Assembly (NCBI GenBank): GCA_038321985.1
Contig: JBBQFN010000032.1
Coordinates: forward strand, 1 to 60,706
Length of the DNA: 60,706 nt
Reading direction: 5' to 3'
From: Cyanophyceae cyanobacterium
GTDB taxonomy: Bacteria > Cyanobacteriota > Cyanobacteriia > Cyanobacteriales > Laspinemataceae
Under the pieces are notes generated by a model. That model made no database searches. It saw only the letters and a program-made list of their open reading frames with translations, and was not told where the DNA came from. Positions within the stretch are counted from its first letter, which is position 1; each line of letters starts with the position of its first letter. Below, piece after piece: positions 43,228 to 55,064 of this stretch. The position numbers and the translations under genes were made by a program.

Positions 43228-43878
43228 TTAAACAACCTGTTGCCCTTTTTTGAGAAACACAACTCGGTAAACAGGTTCATCTTTGTCTAGGGTTGACTGT
43301 TCCCGTTCCGTTGGTACCGGCATTGGATTTTCCCCCAGCCAATCCTCTCCCCCTTGGCGTTCAAATCCCGGATGTTCCGCAAAGCGATCGCGCATTTCCA
43401 TTGCCACTTCTTGAACATCAGATTGGAGAAAAACCATCCCTCCCGGCACTAAATACTTAGCCACATTTTCAACTAATTTCGGTTGCACAACCCGGCGTTT
43501 TTGATGGCGCTTTTTAAACCAGGGGTCTGGAAATTGGATAGAAACTCGATGTAAAATCCCTTCAGGTAAACTGTCGAGTAAGGGGATAAAAGCGTGATTG
43601 ATATTGCAAAAAATAAAGTGTAAATTACTTAATTTCTGTTCATCCCGTTCGGCGATCGCAGTTTCCACTAAAGATTCACGAATTTCTACCCCCAGAAAAT
43701 TCCAATCCGGTTCAATTGGACCCATTTTTAATAAAAATCGTCCCCACGCACAACCAATATCTAAATGCAGAGGTTGGGCTGGATTGGCATAAACTTGTGA
43801 CCACAGTGGGGGGGTAATTGGAGTTTGATAAGCATAACTGAGCGGATTGACGTGCTGTCGGACTCGTACTCGTACCAA
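43228..43878 (-). CDS. trmB: tRNA (guanine-N7)-methyltransferase
   Basis: RVRQHVNP, LDIGC, QFPDPWFKKRHQKRR, TERE. Confidence 0.95.
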   Translation of the reverse strand: MVRVRVRQHVNPLSYAYQTPITPPLWSQVYANPAQPLHLDIGCAWGRFLLKMGPIEPDWNFLGVEIRESLVETAIAERDEQKLSNLHFIFCNINHAFIPLLDSLPEGILHRVSIQFPDPWFKKRHQKRRVVQPKLVENVAKYLVPGGMVFLQSDVQEVAMEMRDRFAEHPGFERQGGEDWLGENPMPVPTEREQSTLDKDEPVYRVVFLKKGQQVV

Positions 43879-43950
43879 TCTAAAAATCTCCTAAACTAAC
43901 CAATCGGGGATAACAATTGTACCGCATTTTAGGTCAGCTTGCCCAGGATC

Positions 43951-45021
43951 TTAATCTGAGCGACTGCCGAAAAAGTTTGCACAGAAATCATGCAAGAGTT
44001 CTTGATGAATCAAGGCGCGATCGACAATAGCTTGAATAGAGATATCAGAAAGCGGGTCACCATTAGCATAATGTTCTATCCAAAGTTGGCTAATCAGGTT
44101 CGGATCTTCTGGTATATCAGCTAATTCCCAACCCGGAAGTTCTAACTCACTCATCAGTTGGCTCACTTTGGGGTCGTAACTAATGGCAAAACAGCGACAT
44201 CCTTCAGCGGCGGCCATAATTAAACTATGAAATCGCATTCCAATGGTCATTTCCACCCCGCGAAATAGTCCTTTAAGTTCTCGGGGGTCTTCAATGTTAT
44301 AAAGATGATTGGGACCGGTCAGTTGAGATTGAATAAATTGAGCGATCGCCAAATCCTGAGAGGCTTGAAACGGCACAAGTAACAAACAGGTATTCGTAGC
44401 TTTTTGAAAGGAAACTAAGGCATGGGTGAGGATGTCTAATCGTGCCGGAGTCAGAAGGGGATGCGATCGCAAATTAACCGCAACACGGGGTGCAGGTAAA
44501 TCCCACAAACCCGGAACAGGTTTAGACTCTAACGCCCAAACTGGATCCGGTGCCATTGTAAAGGGAATCTGCCACTCGGCGAGTAAGGCAGCAGAACCGC
44601 GATCGCGCACACTCACGCGAGTGCATTGAGAAAAGGTTCGTTTAGCCAGTTGGCGCGTTAAGGGGCGCTCTAAGGGGCCCACACCTTGCCCCCAAGCGAT
44701 CGTTTTTAATCCCAGTCCCTGCGCCAATCCCATCAACCCCGCATAGTATAAAGGGCTAACCGCGCTAGTGACATCTTGCAGTAAACTACCTCCCCCCCAA
44801 ATGAATAGATCAGACTGCCGCAGCAGTTGCAACACCGGCAAAGCTGACATCCGATTGCAGGCAGAGACTTGGTAGCGATCGCGGGTTTGGGCGGGGTTGC
44901 CTGAGAGTACCACCGGCGTGATACCTTCTGGCAGCATCTGTAATAACGAAGCTAACAGGGCCTCATCCCCAGCATTCCCTTTTCCATAATATCCGCAACA
45001 AACTGCCTGAATTGGGCCCAC
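43951..45021 (-). CDS. csaB: Polysaccharide pyruvyl transferase
   Basis: GYYGKGNAGDEA, GGGSLLQDVTS, SVRD, MRFHSLI, SYDPKV. Confidence 0.93.
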   Translation of the reverse strand: MGPIQAVCCGYYGKGNAGDEALLASLLQMLPEGITPVVLSGNPAQTRDRYQVSACNRMSALPVLQLLRQSDLFIWGGGSLLQDVTSAVSPLYYAGLMGLAQGLGLKTIAWGQGVGPLERPLTRQLAKRTFSQCTRVSVRDRGSAALLAEWQIPFTMAPDPVWALESKPVPGLWDLPAPRVAVNLRSHPLLTPARLDILTHALVSFQKATNTCLLLVPFQASQDLAIAQFIQSQLTGPNHLYNIEDPRELKGLFRGVEMTIGMRFHSLIMAAAEGCRCFAISYDPKVSQLMSELELPGWELADIPEDPNLISQLWIEHYANGDPLSDISIQAIVDRALIHQELLHDFCANFFGSRSD

Positions 45022-45191
45022 AATCTTTCTCCTGTCAAACTCAGTAAGCGCTGGAAATTTTTACTCTTTCCTCATAACGGGATCAACCCATCCCCCTTGT
45101 CAAGAGGTTGGAGTCCTCCCCAATCGGGTTAAAATAAAATAAACCCGGGCAACTTGCCCATTGTTTTGTCTATTTTTTACCGATTAAATTC

Positions 45192-45509
45192 ATGCACGCC
45201 CTGTCTATTCCCACCTGGATGATTCACGTTTCCAGCGTCATTGAGTGGATCGCCGCCATTTGGCTAATTTGGCGCTATGGCGAAGTTACAGGCGATCGCT
45301 ATTGGCGGGGGTTATCCTTTGCCATGCTGCCGGCACTGGTGGGGGCGATGTGTGCTTGTACTTGGCACTATTTTGATAATCCCACCTCGTTAGAATGGCT
45401 AGTGACTCTGCAAGCGACAATGACAGTGGTGGGAAACTGTACCCTATGTCTAGCCGCCTGGTGGATTTGGCGACTGGCTAAGATCCAGGATGAGTCGAAG
45501 GGTTCCTAA
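45192..45509 (+). CDS. DUF2499 (Ycf49-like) membrane protein
   Basis: MHALSIPTWMIHVSSVIEW...AMCACTWH. Confidence 0.88.
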   Translation: MHALSIPTWMIHVSSVIEWIAAIWLIWRYGEVTGDRYWRGLSFAMLPALVGAMCACTWHYFDNPTSLEWLVTLQATMTVVGNCTLCLAAWWIWRLAKIQDESKGS

Positions 45510-45630
45510 ATGGTATGAGGGTCAAAAGGCGGCGATCGCCCCCGAAAATAAGCGGATAAAGCGGGGGGAATAAGTGGGCTAACTGTCCTAATTTTTGAAT
45601 AAAAAATCCCGAAGTTTTTAAAATAAACCC

Positions 45631-45966
45631 ATGTTTTCTAAAGATACTTTGTTTGCGGTTTCCCTATTTCCCTACCTGGGATTTTTATGGTTCATCACGC
45701 GTTCTGGAAAAATGCCCCGTCTAGCGCTGATGGGGTTTTACGGGACTTTAGTTTTTGTTGGAGTAACCATTCCGGTCGGAATTTACTCCCTAACAGTTTA
45801 TCATGAGTCTTTAGCGAACGTAGACCTTTTACATGGAGGGGCTGAGGTATTTCTGACCCTCTCTAATATTTTAATCGTGTTGGGATTTCGGCAGGCGATC
45901 GCGCGCTCAGATGGGGGAGAAACAGAAGAAACCGGAAAAACAGAAATAGGGGACTTACAAATCTAG
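45631..45966 (+). CDS. DUF3593 membrane protein
   Basis: LFAVSLFPYLGFLWF...LANVDLLHGGAE. Confidence 0.88.
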   Translation: MFSKDTLFAVSLFPYLGFLWFITRSGKMPRLALMGFYGTLVFVGVTIPVGIYSLTVYHESLANVDLLHGGAEVFLTLSNILIVLGFRQAIARSDGGETEETGKTEIGDLQI

Positions 45967-46142
45967 GTTGCCGAAAAAGCCGTCTTTTTAAGCCGAACTA
46001 AGGTTAAGAACAGGGGAAATAACTTGAGTTGTGAGGGCGAAAATTTCCCCAATAAAGAAGCCCGCAGCAAGACGGGCTAAAGGGGGATGGGGGGAAAGTC
46101 GGATACCATTCCGAAACCCCCCGAGAATAAAACTGGGGCGAT

Positions 46143-48749
46143 TTACTCCGGAGGCAGAAGTGCCATCGGATTAACCGCGCCTTGTCCGGAAGTATGGATT
46201 TCAAAGTGGAGGTGGGGTCCAGTGCTGAAGCCGGTGCTTCCCATTTCAGCAACTTGTTGACCTTGTTCGACTTGTTGTCCTTCTTCCACCATAATCCGGT
46301 GATTGTGCGCGTATAGGGTAATACTGCCATCAGGATGCTCGATCTCGACCAGATTTCCATAACCACCCGAATTCCACCCCGCCGAGAGAACTACACCAGT
46401 GGCGGCGGCATAAATTGGGGTCCCGGTAGGTCCGGCGATATCGATGCCTTTGTGCATCCGTCCCCAGCGCCAGCCATAGCCAGAACTTAGCACGCCCTGA
46501 GCGGGCCAAATAAAGCCATTAAAGCGGGGCTGACTGTTTGGTAGATAGGTATCTGGAGCTTTTAACGGGGGCAACTCTGGAGAGACAATCTGTCCGACAG
46601 CAGGCTGCATTAAGGGTGCATAGGTCTCAGATCCAACCGGCGCTACTGCCAGAATCTGTTCTCTCTGGGTTGGTGGTGCAGTGGGGGCGCTGCTGTTAGC
46701 AGTGGATTCGCTCTGCTGGGTTCGGTATTTTTCCCGCAGTTGAGTTAACTCGGCTTGTAAACTTTCGTTTTCTAAGCTTTCGTTTGGCCCTGGGTTGAAC
46801 TGGGGATCAATTCGTTCTGATGGCCCTGAGGGGGCTGTTGAATTGCTCCGAACTGCAACGATAGTGGGGAGGGTCTGAGGAACTGATTCCCCACTTGCTT
46901 CTAGACTGAGGTTTTCAGTTTTGTATTTTTCGCGCAGTTTCTCGATTTCCGCTCGTAAACTATCGACGTAACGGTTTTCGAGGGCTTGGGGTTCGGTGGC
47001 ATTAGCCTGGAGGGACTCAGGGCGATCGCTGCTGTTAGCCATCAGGGGGATGGGTGCAGCCTCCGTCGCTTGAGCAGCCGTCTCCACTGCCTGAATTCCG
47101 GCGTGTTGACCTAGGGCCTCTTGTTCTCGGTACTTTTGCCGGAGTTTGAGAATATCCGCCCTTAAACCATCGATATAGTTGCTGTCGGCGGGTTCCGTTT
47201 CAACGGAGGGTACCGCTTGAGCCAGGGTTTCGTTACCGATCGCCGGGAGAGTCCCTGAAATTCCTGAAGAGCGATCAATTACCGACACGACGGTTTCCGG
47301 AATCGAGGCGATCGCTTCTGATGGTTTAGTTGGGGCCATCAGTGAAAAGCTGGAGTCCGTTGCCATTGCTTTGGGTAGAACAACGGTGTCACTTTTCGCT
47401 GTTGCGGAAAGATCTCCTCTTTCATCGCTAGTTAGGGAATTAGGTTCCCAGGCGATGGCAGTAGGTCCCGGTTCCGTTGCAGCCAACGGAATTTTAATGG
47501 TTTGATTGACTGAGAGTAAGTCAGGATCGTTGAGGCCATTGGCTTCAACGATTTTTTGTGGAGAGATTCCGTTACGCAGTGCGATCGCATCTAGGGTATC
47601 TCCGGAACTGACTTGGTAGATGCGCGAGGCCGAGGAATTTTCTACGGCGGCGATCGCGATCGCTCCATTCATATCCGGTTCAGCCAGGTTTAACGCCGTG
47701 GGGTCGTCTTTCTCAGCTTCTTGGACTCTCGATAACTCGCTCTCTACCGCTTCCCCATCAATGTCGAGTTCTGGGGTCACGAGGGGGACAAATCCAGTGC
47801 TCTGAGGAGAGTTAACTTCGGTTCTGCCCAGTTGGGGAATTTCCCCAGGGTTCCCGGTTGGATTTTTTTCCAAATAGGATTCCCAGCCTTGGGAAGTTCG
47901 TTCGGAATTGACGAGGGACGGTGCAGTTCCTACTTCGTCGGACCTTATGTCTCCGGCTGAGGGTTCACTGGCTCTACCGTCTTTATCGATTGGATTAAGG
48001 ACTGTCTCCTCATTGGATCCTTGAATCTCGATCCGGGGGAATAATCCAGAGGGAGCCATTTCCGGCCCTGGGCCGCTCGACTCCGGGGAAATTCCTACCG
48101 ATGATTCAATGCCATTGATTAGAGGCTGTTCATCGACTGAACTTACCGACTCCTCATCCCACAACTCCGCCAGACTTGGATGCAGACGGCTTTCACCGGA
48201 CTGAACCACTTCTTCAATGGAAACCGCGGATTCAGACCGGATTTCCTCTATTTTCCAGCTAAAACTTGCGCCTTCAGCGTTCCCTTGGCGAGCCAATTCC
48301 TGTGGGGATGGAAGGGTTAAGTTGACCTCCCCGGCTCGTTCGGCTTCGCCGCGATCGCCTGCATTTACGGCAACCTGGGAGGATGCCGGACCCCTTTCAG
48401 TGAGGGTGACTGACTCTTCCTGAACCTGGGGTTCTAGAGCAGACGCCTCTGGCATTTGGGTCCCTGCCTCTTCTGTTGAGGCCCCCTCAGCCTCCAGTGC
48501 GGACCAAGAACCGGAATCGTTAGCAGATGTATCTGCCGTGATCCGTGGCTCTGTTGCTCCAGCACCTTCGCCTTGTTGAGGCAGCAATATGCTAGATGCC
48601 CCCATCGAAATTGCAAGTCCAATCATGGCTGCCGAGGTACGAACCTTACGGGGGCCAGCGAGTACCTGTCTAATGTCTCCGACCGTCCGATTGCTATCGG
48701 CGGCACAGGATGGAACAGGCTTTACCTTCTTCGGAAATGCTCGTTTCAA
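46143..48749 (-). CDS. LysM plus M23 peptidase (NlpD-like)
   Basis: YQVSSGDTLDAIA LysM; HKGID, YAH and GPHLHFE M23 motifs. Confidence 0.92.
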   Translation of the reverse strand: MKRAFPKKVKPVPSCAADSNRTVGDIRQVLAGPRKVRTSAAMIGLAISMGASSILLPQQGEGAGATEPRITADTSANDSGSWSALEAEGASTEEAGTQMPEASALEPQVQEESVTLTERGPASSQVAVNAGDRGEAERAGEVNLTLPSPQELARQGNAEGASFSWKIEEIRSESAVSIEEVVQSGESRLHPSLAELWDEESVSSVDEQPLINGIESSVGISPESSGPGPEMAPSGLFPRIEIQGSNEETVLNPIDKDGRASEPSAGDIRSDEVGTAPSLVNSERTSQGWESYLEKNPTGNPGEIPQLGRTEVNSPQSTGFVPLVTPELDIDGEAVESELSRVQEAEKDDPTALNLAEPDMNGAIAIAAVENSSASRIYQVSSGDTLDAIALRNGISPQKIVEANGLNDPDLLSVNQTIKIPLAATEPGPTAIAWEPNSLTSDERGDLSATAKSDTVVLPKAMATDSSFSLMAPTKPSEAIASIPETVVSVIDRSSGISGTLPAIGNETLAQAVPSVETEPADSNYIDGLRADILKLRQKYREQEALGQHAGIQAVETAAQATEAAPIPLMANSSDRPESLQANATEPQALENRYVDSLRAEIEKLREKYKTENLSLEASGESVPQTLPTIVAVRSNSTAPSGPSERIDPQFNPGPNESLENESLQAELTQLREKYRTQQSESTANSSAPTAPPTQREQILAVAPVGSETYAPLMQPAVGQIVSPELPPLKAPDTYLPNSQPRFNGFIWPAQGVLSSGYGWRWGRMHKGIDIAGPTGTPIYAAATGVVLSAGWNSGGYGNLVEIEHPDGSITLYAHNHRIMVEEGQQVEQGQQVAEMGSTGFSTGPHLHFEIHTSGQGAVNPMALLPPE

Positions 48750-49644
48750 AAAAACGACCTCCTAACGACCAGTGCTTAACTGTCTTTGAGTCAATGAATT
48801 TACCAGCAGTCTATGATGCAGATCACATCACAGCAGAGACCGAAGTCACTGACAACAGAATGTTACTTAGGCAAGATTACCCTGATTTTCTGTTTTCGAC
48901 AAGTTGGTAGTGTTCACAAAATGTTAACGGGCAATTTATATTCCTTTATCCAGTGCTTATTTCAGGCAAATTAACTTCTTTGCTTTCGCGTGGGTCAATC
49001 TGCCCTGAACTGTGAGCTAGGAGCCCCCATTTTCAGAAATTAGCGGCTGTTCGGTGATTATACGGCATTCAGACCGGAATCCCTGTTTCAATTGCTACGA
49101 ATCTGCTTATTTCACCCTTTAGCTGCGTTTAGCACCCTTCTGGCGGACCCTTAATTTAGAACCCTTCCCTAGGAGCCAATCTTGCTGTGGGGTCGATTTA
49201 CAAATTCCGTAACTCTTGCCTCCGTCCGGGTTTTTCCCTGATTTAACAGAACTTTACCCGTTTGGAATTGCTTTGACTCTATCGTATCGAGTCTAGATTT
49301 CCCCGTTTGAGTGAAGTACGAACCTCAATCCTTCAGATGAAACTTTAAGCAGATTTAAGTCTAAACCACAACCGTGTCTATTTCCCTAGTCCCGTATTTA
49401 TTATTTCCCTAGTCTACGGTCAGGCTTCGATGAAATTGGCTCTCAATGCCCAGGGCTCAGCCTTTTTGAGGTCAGGCATACCTAAGATTAAATGATGAAA
49501 TTCTATCGAAGACACGCAGTCACCTTTGGGTTAGTTATATATGAATTTCTTATGATTTATGTAACTGAAATCCCCACTTGGATAGAGGATTTTTACCCGT
49601 TCAGGTTGAGGGGAGAATCTTTCCCCTGGGGCCATGATTGCCCC

Positions 49645-50124
49645 TTAAAAAACTGAGTCTGAGCCGTGAAGTTGGCCCAATTGGCGGAGGGCTTCAAATA
49701 GACCTAACGCCGCACTCACAGACAAATTCAGGCTGCGGACCTGGGGATGAGTCATGGGAATATAAAGCGCGCGATCGCACTCGTCTAGGAGTTCGGGGGA
49801 CAACCCAGTTGTTTCCGAACCAAATAATAACCAGTCATTAGGTTGAAATTCAAACTCAATGTAATTCTCCGCAGCCCTGGCGCTAAAGCCAATTTGACGG
49901 CCTCCCCCCTGGCGTTGGAACTCCCGAAATGCCTCTAAATCCTCGTGGTAGTGAACGTCTACATAGGGCCAATAATCCAGTCCGGCCCGTTTGAGGTAGC
50001 GATCGCTAATCTCGAAACCCAACGGCGCGACTAGATGCAACGGCGTCCCCGTCGCTGCACAGGTGCGGGCAATATTGCCGGTATTGGGGGGAATTTGGGG
50101 ATGAATCAATACAACTTGAGGCAT
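49645..50124 (-). CDS. trmL: tRNA (cytidine34-2'-O)-methyltransferase
   Basis: PQIPPNTGNIARTC, KRAGLDYW, FGSETTGL, RSLNLS. Confidence 0.95.
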   Translation of the reverse strand: MPQVVLIHPQIPPNTGNIARTCAATGTPLHLVAPLGFEISDRYLKRAGLDYWPYVDVHYHEDLEAFREFQRQGGGRQIGFSARAAENYIEFEFQPNDWLLFGSETTGLSPELLDECDRALYIPMTHPQVRSLNLSVSAALGLFEALRQLGQLHGSDSVF

Positions 50125-50294
50125 GGAGCGCTTACCGTTTCTCTATCCAACAAGCTATTCCTGCGCAATCAGGGTTGCGACCAGAAGCTAGCCGGATATC
50201 ATTTAACCAGAAACCGGGTGCAATGATAGAAATTTTTAATGATCTCGCTCCTGCAAGCATTGATTAGATATTCTGATTGACTCAGGCGAGTTGA

Positions 50295-51446
50295 TCAGGC
50301 TACCCAAGGCTGACAAAGTTTATCTTCTAATTCTCGCTCTTGCTCACTCATGGAAGCGATCGCCCCTTGAATCACCTGGCGGGGGGTCAGCCCTCGGTCC
50401 ACGGACTTTAACCACCGTTGCGCTTCGTTCCCTTCCCGCAAAATTTTCTTCAGGGGAGACAGAAAACAGCTAAACCCGTGTTTCTTCGCCGTCGGCAAGA
50501 CCTCTTCATAGAGTTGCTCAATCCAATCTCGGGCCAAAATCGTTCTACCGTCTTGCCAGTGGCGCAATTGTGCCTCTAAACTGCGGTGAGCTACAGCAGA
50601 CTCATTGGCATCGGTGAGGGCAACTAGGTCCTGCGCTCGGGTTTGCGCGGGTAATAAACTCAGTTCTAACGGGTCTAGGTGAGGATTTTCGATTAGCTGC
50701 CATAGACGGGCCTCCAGGAACGCCGCGATCGCCAGCAAGGCGATCGGGTCCGAGACCAATTCACAAATTCGCAACTCTAGACGATTGAGGGTGTAGGGAC
50801 GGCGATCGCCATTGGGACGGACCGAATTCCAGAAATGCCGGACATTCTGAAACACCCCAGTTTTTAACTGTTCTTCCGTCCACCGAATGAAATGGGCGTG
50901 ATTTTCAAACAAAGGGGCCGCCTTCGGTACCTTCGGGAACAGATGCCAGCGCGTCGAGTGATAGCCGGTAACTTCCCCATCTAAAAACGGAGACGCCGCA
51001 CTCAGAGCTAAATACAACGGGGCCTCCAGGTGGATCAACCGACAAGCCCGCATCAGCAAATCCGGATTGTCAATGCCGATATTAATGTGAACACTAGCCG
51101 TAACGACCTTCGTCCCGTAAGTGTCCTCAATAAACCCGTGATAGGGGTTGTTTGGGTCCGAACGATAGAAAGTATCCGTCCTACCCAACGAGAGGCTACT
51201 GCCCGGAATCAAGGTGTAATTCCCCACAGACTGGAGATACTCGCGCAGGCTGCGCCGAGGCCGCACCAGATCACACAACAACTGCTCATATCGAAACAGG
51301 GGCGGAGTCGTATATTCCACGTTTCGGTTATCTGGCTCTCGCATAAAGCGGGGTAGAGCCGCCACAATTTTATCCGAGAGTCCCACAATATCTCCCTGGG
51401 GCGTCCCGGTATAAATTTCGACCTCAAAGCCTTTCGATAGCAGCAC
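50295..51446 (-). CDS. gshA: Glutamate-cysteine ligase (cyanobacterial type)
   Basis: KGFEVE, EPDNRNVEY, SVHINIG, VRPNG..NRLELRIC. Confidence 0.93.
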   Translation of the reverse strand: MLLSKGFEVEIYTGTPQGDIVGLSDKIVAALPRFMREPDNRNVEYTTPPLFRYEQLLCDLVRPRRSLREYLQSVGNYTLIPGSSLSLGRTDTFYRSDPNNPYHGFIEDTYGTKVVTASVHINIGIDNPDLLMRACRLIHLEAPLYLALSAASPFLDGEVTGYHSTRWHLFPKVPKAAPLFENHAHFIRWTEEQLKTGVFQNVRHFWNSVRPNGDRRPYTLNRLELRICELVSDPIALLAIAAFLEARLWQLIENPHLDPLELSLLPAQTRAQDLVALTDANESAVAHRSLEAQLRHWQDGRTILARDWIEQLYEEVLPTAKKHGFSCFLSPLKKILREGNEAQRWLKSVDRGLTPRQVIQGAIASMSEQERELEDKLCQPWVA

Positions 51447-51896
51447 GATTTGTCCTCAGCTCTAATATGCTGGCGCGAGATGCGCCTTATATGTATTTAT
51501 TATCGCCTTAAGAAGTATTACAAATCTGTCAGGGGGCTGATGTTTTCGATCCCAGACGGTTTTTCTGAGCCGGAAAACCTCGTAAATCCGAATTAAAACC
51601 TGTTCCGATAAGGGTTCGGGCAGTTCTTCCTCTTTCAGGTTGGAGGGTGGCCCTCCCAAGTTTACCCCAAACTTAACCCCTCCCCCCCTTGTCAATGGTT
51701 CCACACAATCAGACACTTAAATTGTTGAGAGCAGCCGTCAGGCATCAGCTATGAGCTAGGCTTGCATCTTTATTGCAAGTAACGAGTCCAGGGGTTTTTC
51801 AATGACAGCAAGGCTCTCTCTTGAGGCTGTGCGCTGATTCAAGGCGACCGGCTGAGGGCTGACGGCTGACCGCATGACGCTATTGAGAGGTTTTTA

Positions 51897-53189
51897 GTGA
51901 AAAAAGTCTTAGCCATTATTCTTGGAGGAGGCGCTGGCACCCGTCTCTACCCATTAACCAAGATGCGGGCCAAACCAGCCGTGCCACTGGCGGGGAAATA
52001 TCGCCTAATCGATATTCCCGTGAGTAACTGTATTAACTCTGACATTCTCAAAATCTACGTTTTAACTCAGTTCAACTCAGCTTCTTTAAACCGCCACCTA
52101 GTTCGCGCCTACAATTTCTCGGGCTTTAGCGAGGGGTTTGTCGAGGTCCTTGCCGCCCAGCAAACGGCTGAAAATCCTACAAGCTGGTTTCAGGGCACCG
52201 CCGATGCAGTTCGCAAATATCTGTGGCTGTTTGAAGAATGGGATATTGATCAATATCTGATTTTGTCCGGGGACCATCTGTATCGGATGGACTATCGCGA
52301 CTTTTTGCAACGCCATCGCGAAACTAATGCCGATATTACCCTATCGGTATTACCTATCGATGAGAAACGGGCTTCAGATTTTGGTCTGATGAAAATCGAC
52401 GATAATGGTCGGGTGATTTCTTTTAGCGAAAAGCCAAAAGGAGATGCCTTGCGCCAGATGTCGGTCGATACGACAACCTTGGGTTTAACCCCGGAAGAAG
52501 CCGAAAAAACTCCTTATATTGCTTCAATGGGGATTTATGTCTTTAATAAAGAGGTAATGTCCAAGCTGTTGAAGGAATCTCCTGAGCGCACTGATTTTGG
52601 CAAAGAAATCATTCCCGCTTCGTCAAGCGAGTATAACGTCCAGGCATACTTGTTTAAAGGGTACTGGGAAGATATCGGAACGATGGAATCCTTCTACGAA
52701 GCTAATTTGGCGTTAACGAAGCAACCTCAACCGCCCTTTAGCTTCTATGATGAAAAAGCCCCAATTTACACCCGTCCCCGCTATTTGCCGCCGACTAAGT
52801 TGTTAGATTCTCATGTCACGGAATCGATTATTGGGGAAGGGTGTATTCTCAAGGAATGTCGGATTGAACATTCAGTTTTAGGGGTGCGATCGCGCATTGA
52901 AGCAGGGTGTTTGATTCAGGATAGCCTGATCATGGGTTCTGACTTTTACGAACCCTTTGCTGAACGTCAATCGGGTTCACAAAAAGGCGGAGTTCCCTTG
53001 GGGATTGGCTGCGATACGACGATTCGTCGGGCGATCGTTGATAAAAATGCCCGCATCGGTCGCAACGTCCAAATTATCAATAAAGACCATGTGGAAGAAG
53101 CCAATCGCGAAAGCGAAGGGTTCTATATCCGTAGTGGAATCGTGGTAGTTTTGAAAAATGCGATTATTGCTGACGAAACGGTGATTTAA
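51897..53189 (+). CDS. glgC: Glucose-1-phosphate adenylyltransferase
   Basis: [47 protein letters not shown]. Confidence 0.98.
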   Translation: MKKVLAIILGGGAGTRLYPLTKMRAKPAVPLAGKYRLIDIPVSNCINSDILKIYVLTQFNSASLNRHLVRAYNFSGFSEGFVEVLAAQQTAENPTSWFQGTADAVRKYLWLFEEWDIDQYLILSGDHLYRMDYRDFLQRHRETNADITLSVLPIDEKRASDFGLMKIDDNGRVISFSEKPKGDALRQMSVDTTTLGLTPEEAEKTPYIASMGIYVFNKEVMSKLLKESPERTDFGKEIIPASSSEYNVQAYLFKGYWEDIGTMESFYEANLALTKQPQPPFSFYDEKAPIYTRPRYLPPTKLLDSHVTESIIGEGCILKECRIEHSVLGVRSRIEAGCLIQDSLIMGSDFYEPFAERQSGSQKGGVPLGIGCDTTIRRAIVDKNARIGRNVQIINKDHVEEANRESEGFYIRSGIVVVLKNAIIADETVI

Positions 53190-53252
53190 AGGGGATAATT
53201 CCCACCTAGTTTAGAGGGCAGTAAAGGCGCAGTCGCGCCCTTACTGCCGCTA

Positions 53253-53414
53253 AAAAGTCAAAAACAGTTTGTTAAGTTTGTAGGAACGAATTTAGTCGTT
53301 TCCTAAAGTTCGTACTAACGTATTAACGACTTTAGTTGTTCCTGCTGAAAAGTCAAAAACAGTTTGTTAAGTTTGTAGGAACGAATTTAGTCGTTTCCTA
53401 AAGTTCGTACTAAC
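53253..53414 (+). repeat. 67-bp exact direct repeat (53253-53319, 53348-53414) containing family-B hairpins
   Basis: AAAAGTCAAAAACAGTTTGTTAAGTTTGTAGGAACGAATTTAGTCGTTTCCTAAAGTTCGTACTAAC occurs twice. Confidence 0.85.
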
Positions 53415-53765
53415 TCAGAGCAAATCCCCATTCTCAATCAACCTAACCCACCAACACCGGCTTCAGAGCGGTTCAAAAATCCCCGGCTGTTGCTACTGCC
53501 AATCACATCTTACGAACCTAAAGGCAAGAGCAAGTCCTAACTACCGCACTAAGGAGACAAAAGTAAGTCCTAATACTGAACTGGGGAGACGAGAGCAAAT
53601 CTTGACAGGGAAGGGAGTACGGGAATTGCGTTAAGACGCCAGAGTAAGAACCGAACTTAAGGGGTATTTAAATTTAGATACCCTATTATGAAGAGGACTA
53701 ATCACCTCGGCTCGTTCCAGAAAAAAACTATAGACTAAATCTTTATAGGTACAGGAGGAATATTA

Positions 53766-54803
53766 ATGGCTGCGACCGACTTCAAGGACTACTATGCAAT
53801 TCTAGGAGTCAGTAAAACTGCAAGTGTTGATGAAATTAAGAAGGCTTTTCGTAAACTTGCTCGCAAATATCATCCGGATATGAATCCGGGAAACAAGCAG
53901 GCTGAAGCTAAGTTTAAAGAGGTTTCAGAAGCGTATGAAGTGCTTGGCGACTCAGACAAGCGCAAAAAATACGACCAATTTGGACAATATTGGCGACAAG
54001 CCGATGGCGCTGGGGGTGCGGCAGGTGCAGGATGGCCCCCCGGTGGTGGGAATGTTGATTTTGGCGGTTTCGATTTTAGCCAGTTTTCCAGTTTTGACGA
54101 TTTCATCAATGCTTTGCTGGGTCGCGTCGGGGGACCTGGTGCCAGTCGCCCTCGTCCAGGGGGAGCGAATTACGGCTATCGTAATGCTCGTTCGACTTCT
54201 ACCACTGGGTTTGGGGGGTTCGAGGATTTTGCCACAGGTTTTGGAGGAGATCGCCCCAGTGGGACCTCTGTAGACCGGGAAAGTACGATTACCCTTAGTT
54301 TTGCGGAGGCGTTTCAGGGGACTCAAAAACGCTTAAATTTGGGTCCCGAGGCGATCGATGTACGAATTCCCTCGGGGGCGAAACCGGGGACCCGGATTCG
54401 AGTCCGTGGCAAGGGGCAGGTGAATTCCTACAACCAACAACGGGGGGATTTGTACCTGAAGGTGGAAATCCAACCCCACTCGTTTTTCCAGTTTGAAGGA
54501 GACAATCTGGTGTGTGAGGTGCCAATTGCGCCGGATGAGGCGGTGTTGGGTGCAACGATTGAGATACCGACTCCGGATGGGACTGTGAAAATGAATATTC
54601 CGGCAGGAATTCGGTCCGGACAAACTCTGCGTTTGAAAGGCAAGGGATGGAAAACGGCGAAGGGCGATCGCACGGATCAGTTGGTCAGAATTGCGATCGC
54701 TCCTCCCAAGGACCTCAATCCTACAGAAAAAGACCTTTACGAAAAGATTCGCAACGCCCGTCACTACGATCCACGCAGTCATTTACAGTCCGTGCGATTG
54801 TAA
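53766..54803 (+). CDS. Type II DnaJ-class chaperone (CbpA-like)
   Basis: J domain with HPD, G/F-rich region, no zinc finger, DnaJ_C domain. Confidence 0.93.
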   Translation: MAATDFKDYYAILGVSKTASVDEIKKAFRKLARKYHPDMNPGNKQAEAKFKEVSEAYEVLGDSDKRKKYDQFGQYWRQADGAGGAAGAGWPPGGGNVDFGGFDFSQFSSFDDFINALLGRVGGPGASRPRPGGANYGYRNARSTSTTGFGGFEDFATGFGGDRPSGTSVDRESTITLSFAEAFQGTQKRLNLGPEAIDVRIPSGAKPGTRIRVRGKGQVNSYNQQRGDLYLKVEIQPHSFFQFEGDNLVCEVPIAPDEAVLGATIEIPTPDGTVKMNIPAGIRSGQTLRLKGKGWKTAKGDRTDQLVRIAIAPPKDLNPTEKDLYEKIRNARHYDPRSHLQSVRL

Positions 54804-55064
54804 TCTCCAGCCTGACAAAAGCCGACACCCAATGCCGGGTAAACAAAGCCCGCTTGCGCGGGCTAATTTTTTGCCCTAATTTTTAGTCAGATTTCGTCAT
54901 ATATCGTCCTATATAGGAATTGCCCCAGTACGGAATTTTCAGGAGAGTAATCTTATGTTAGCTACAAGAAACAGTCCTATGCTGCTTCAGACTACTAATT
55001 GAACGAGTGGAGTTATCCCAAAAGCTTTTTTGTAGGTTTGTTTTGTCTAAGCGATCGCTTCTTT

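Noticed and set aside
54840..54872. AAAGCCCGCTTGCGCGGGCT as an ncRNA
   Set aside because: Common cyanobacterial palindromic repeat, here probably acting as the terminator after the DnaJ gene.
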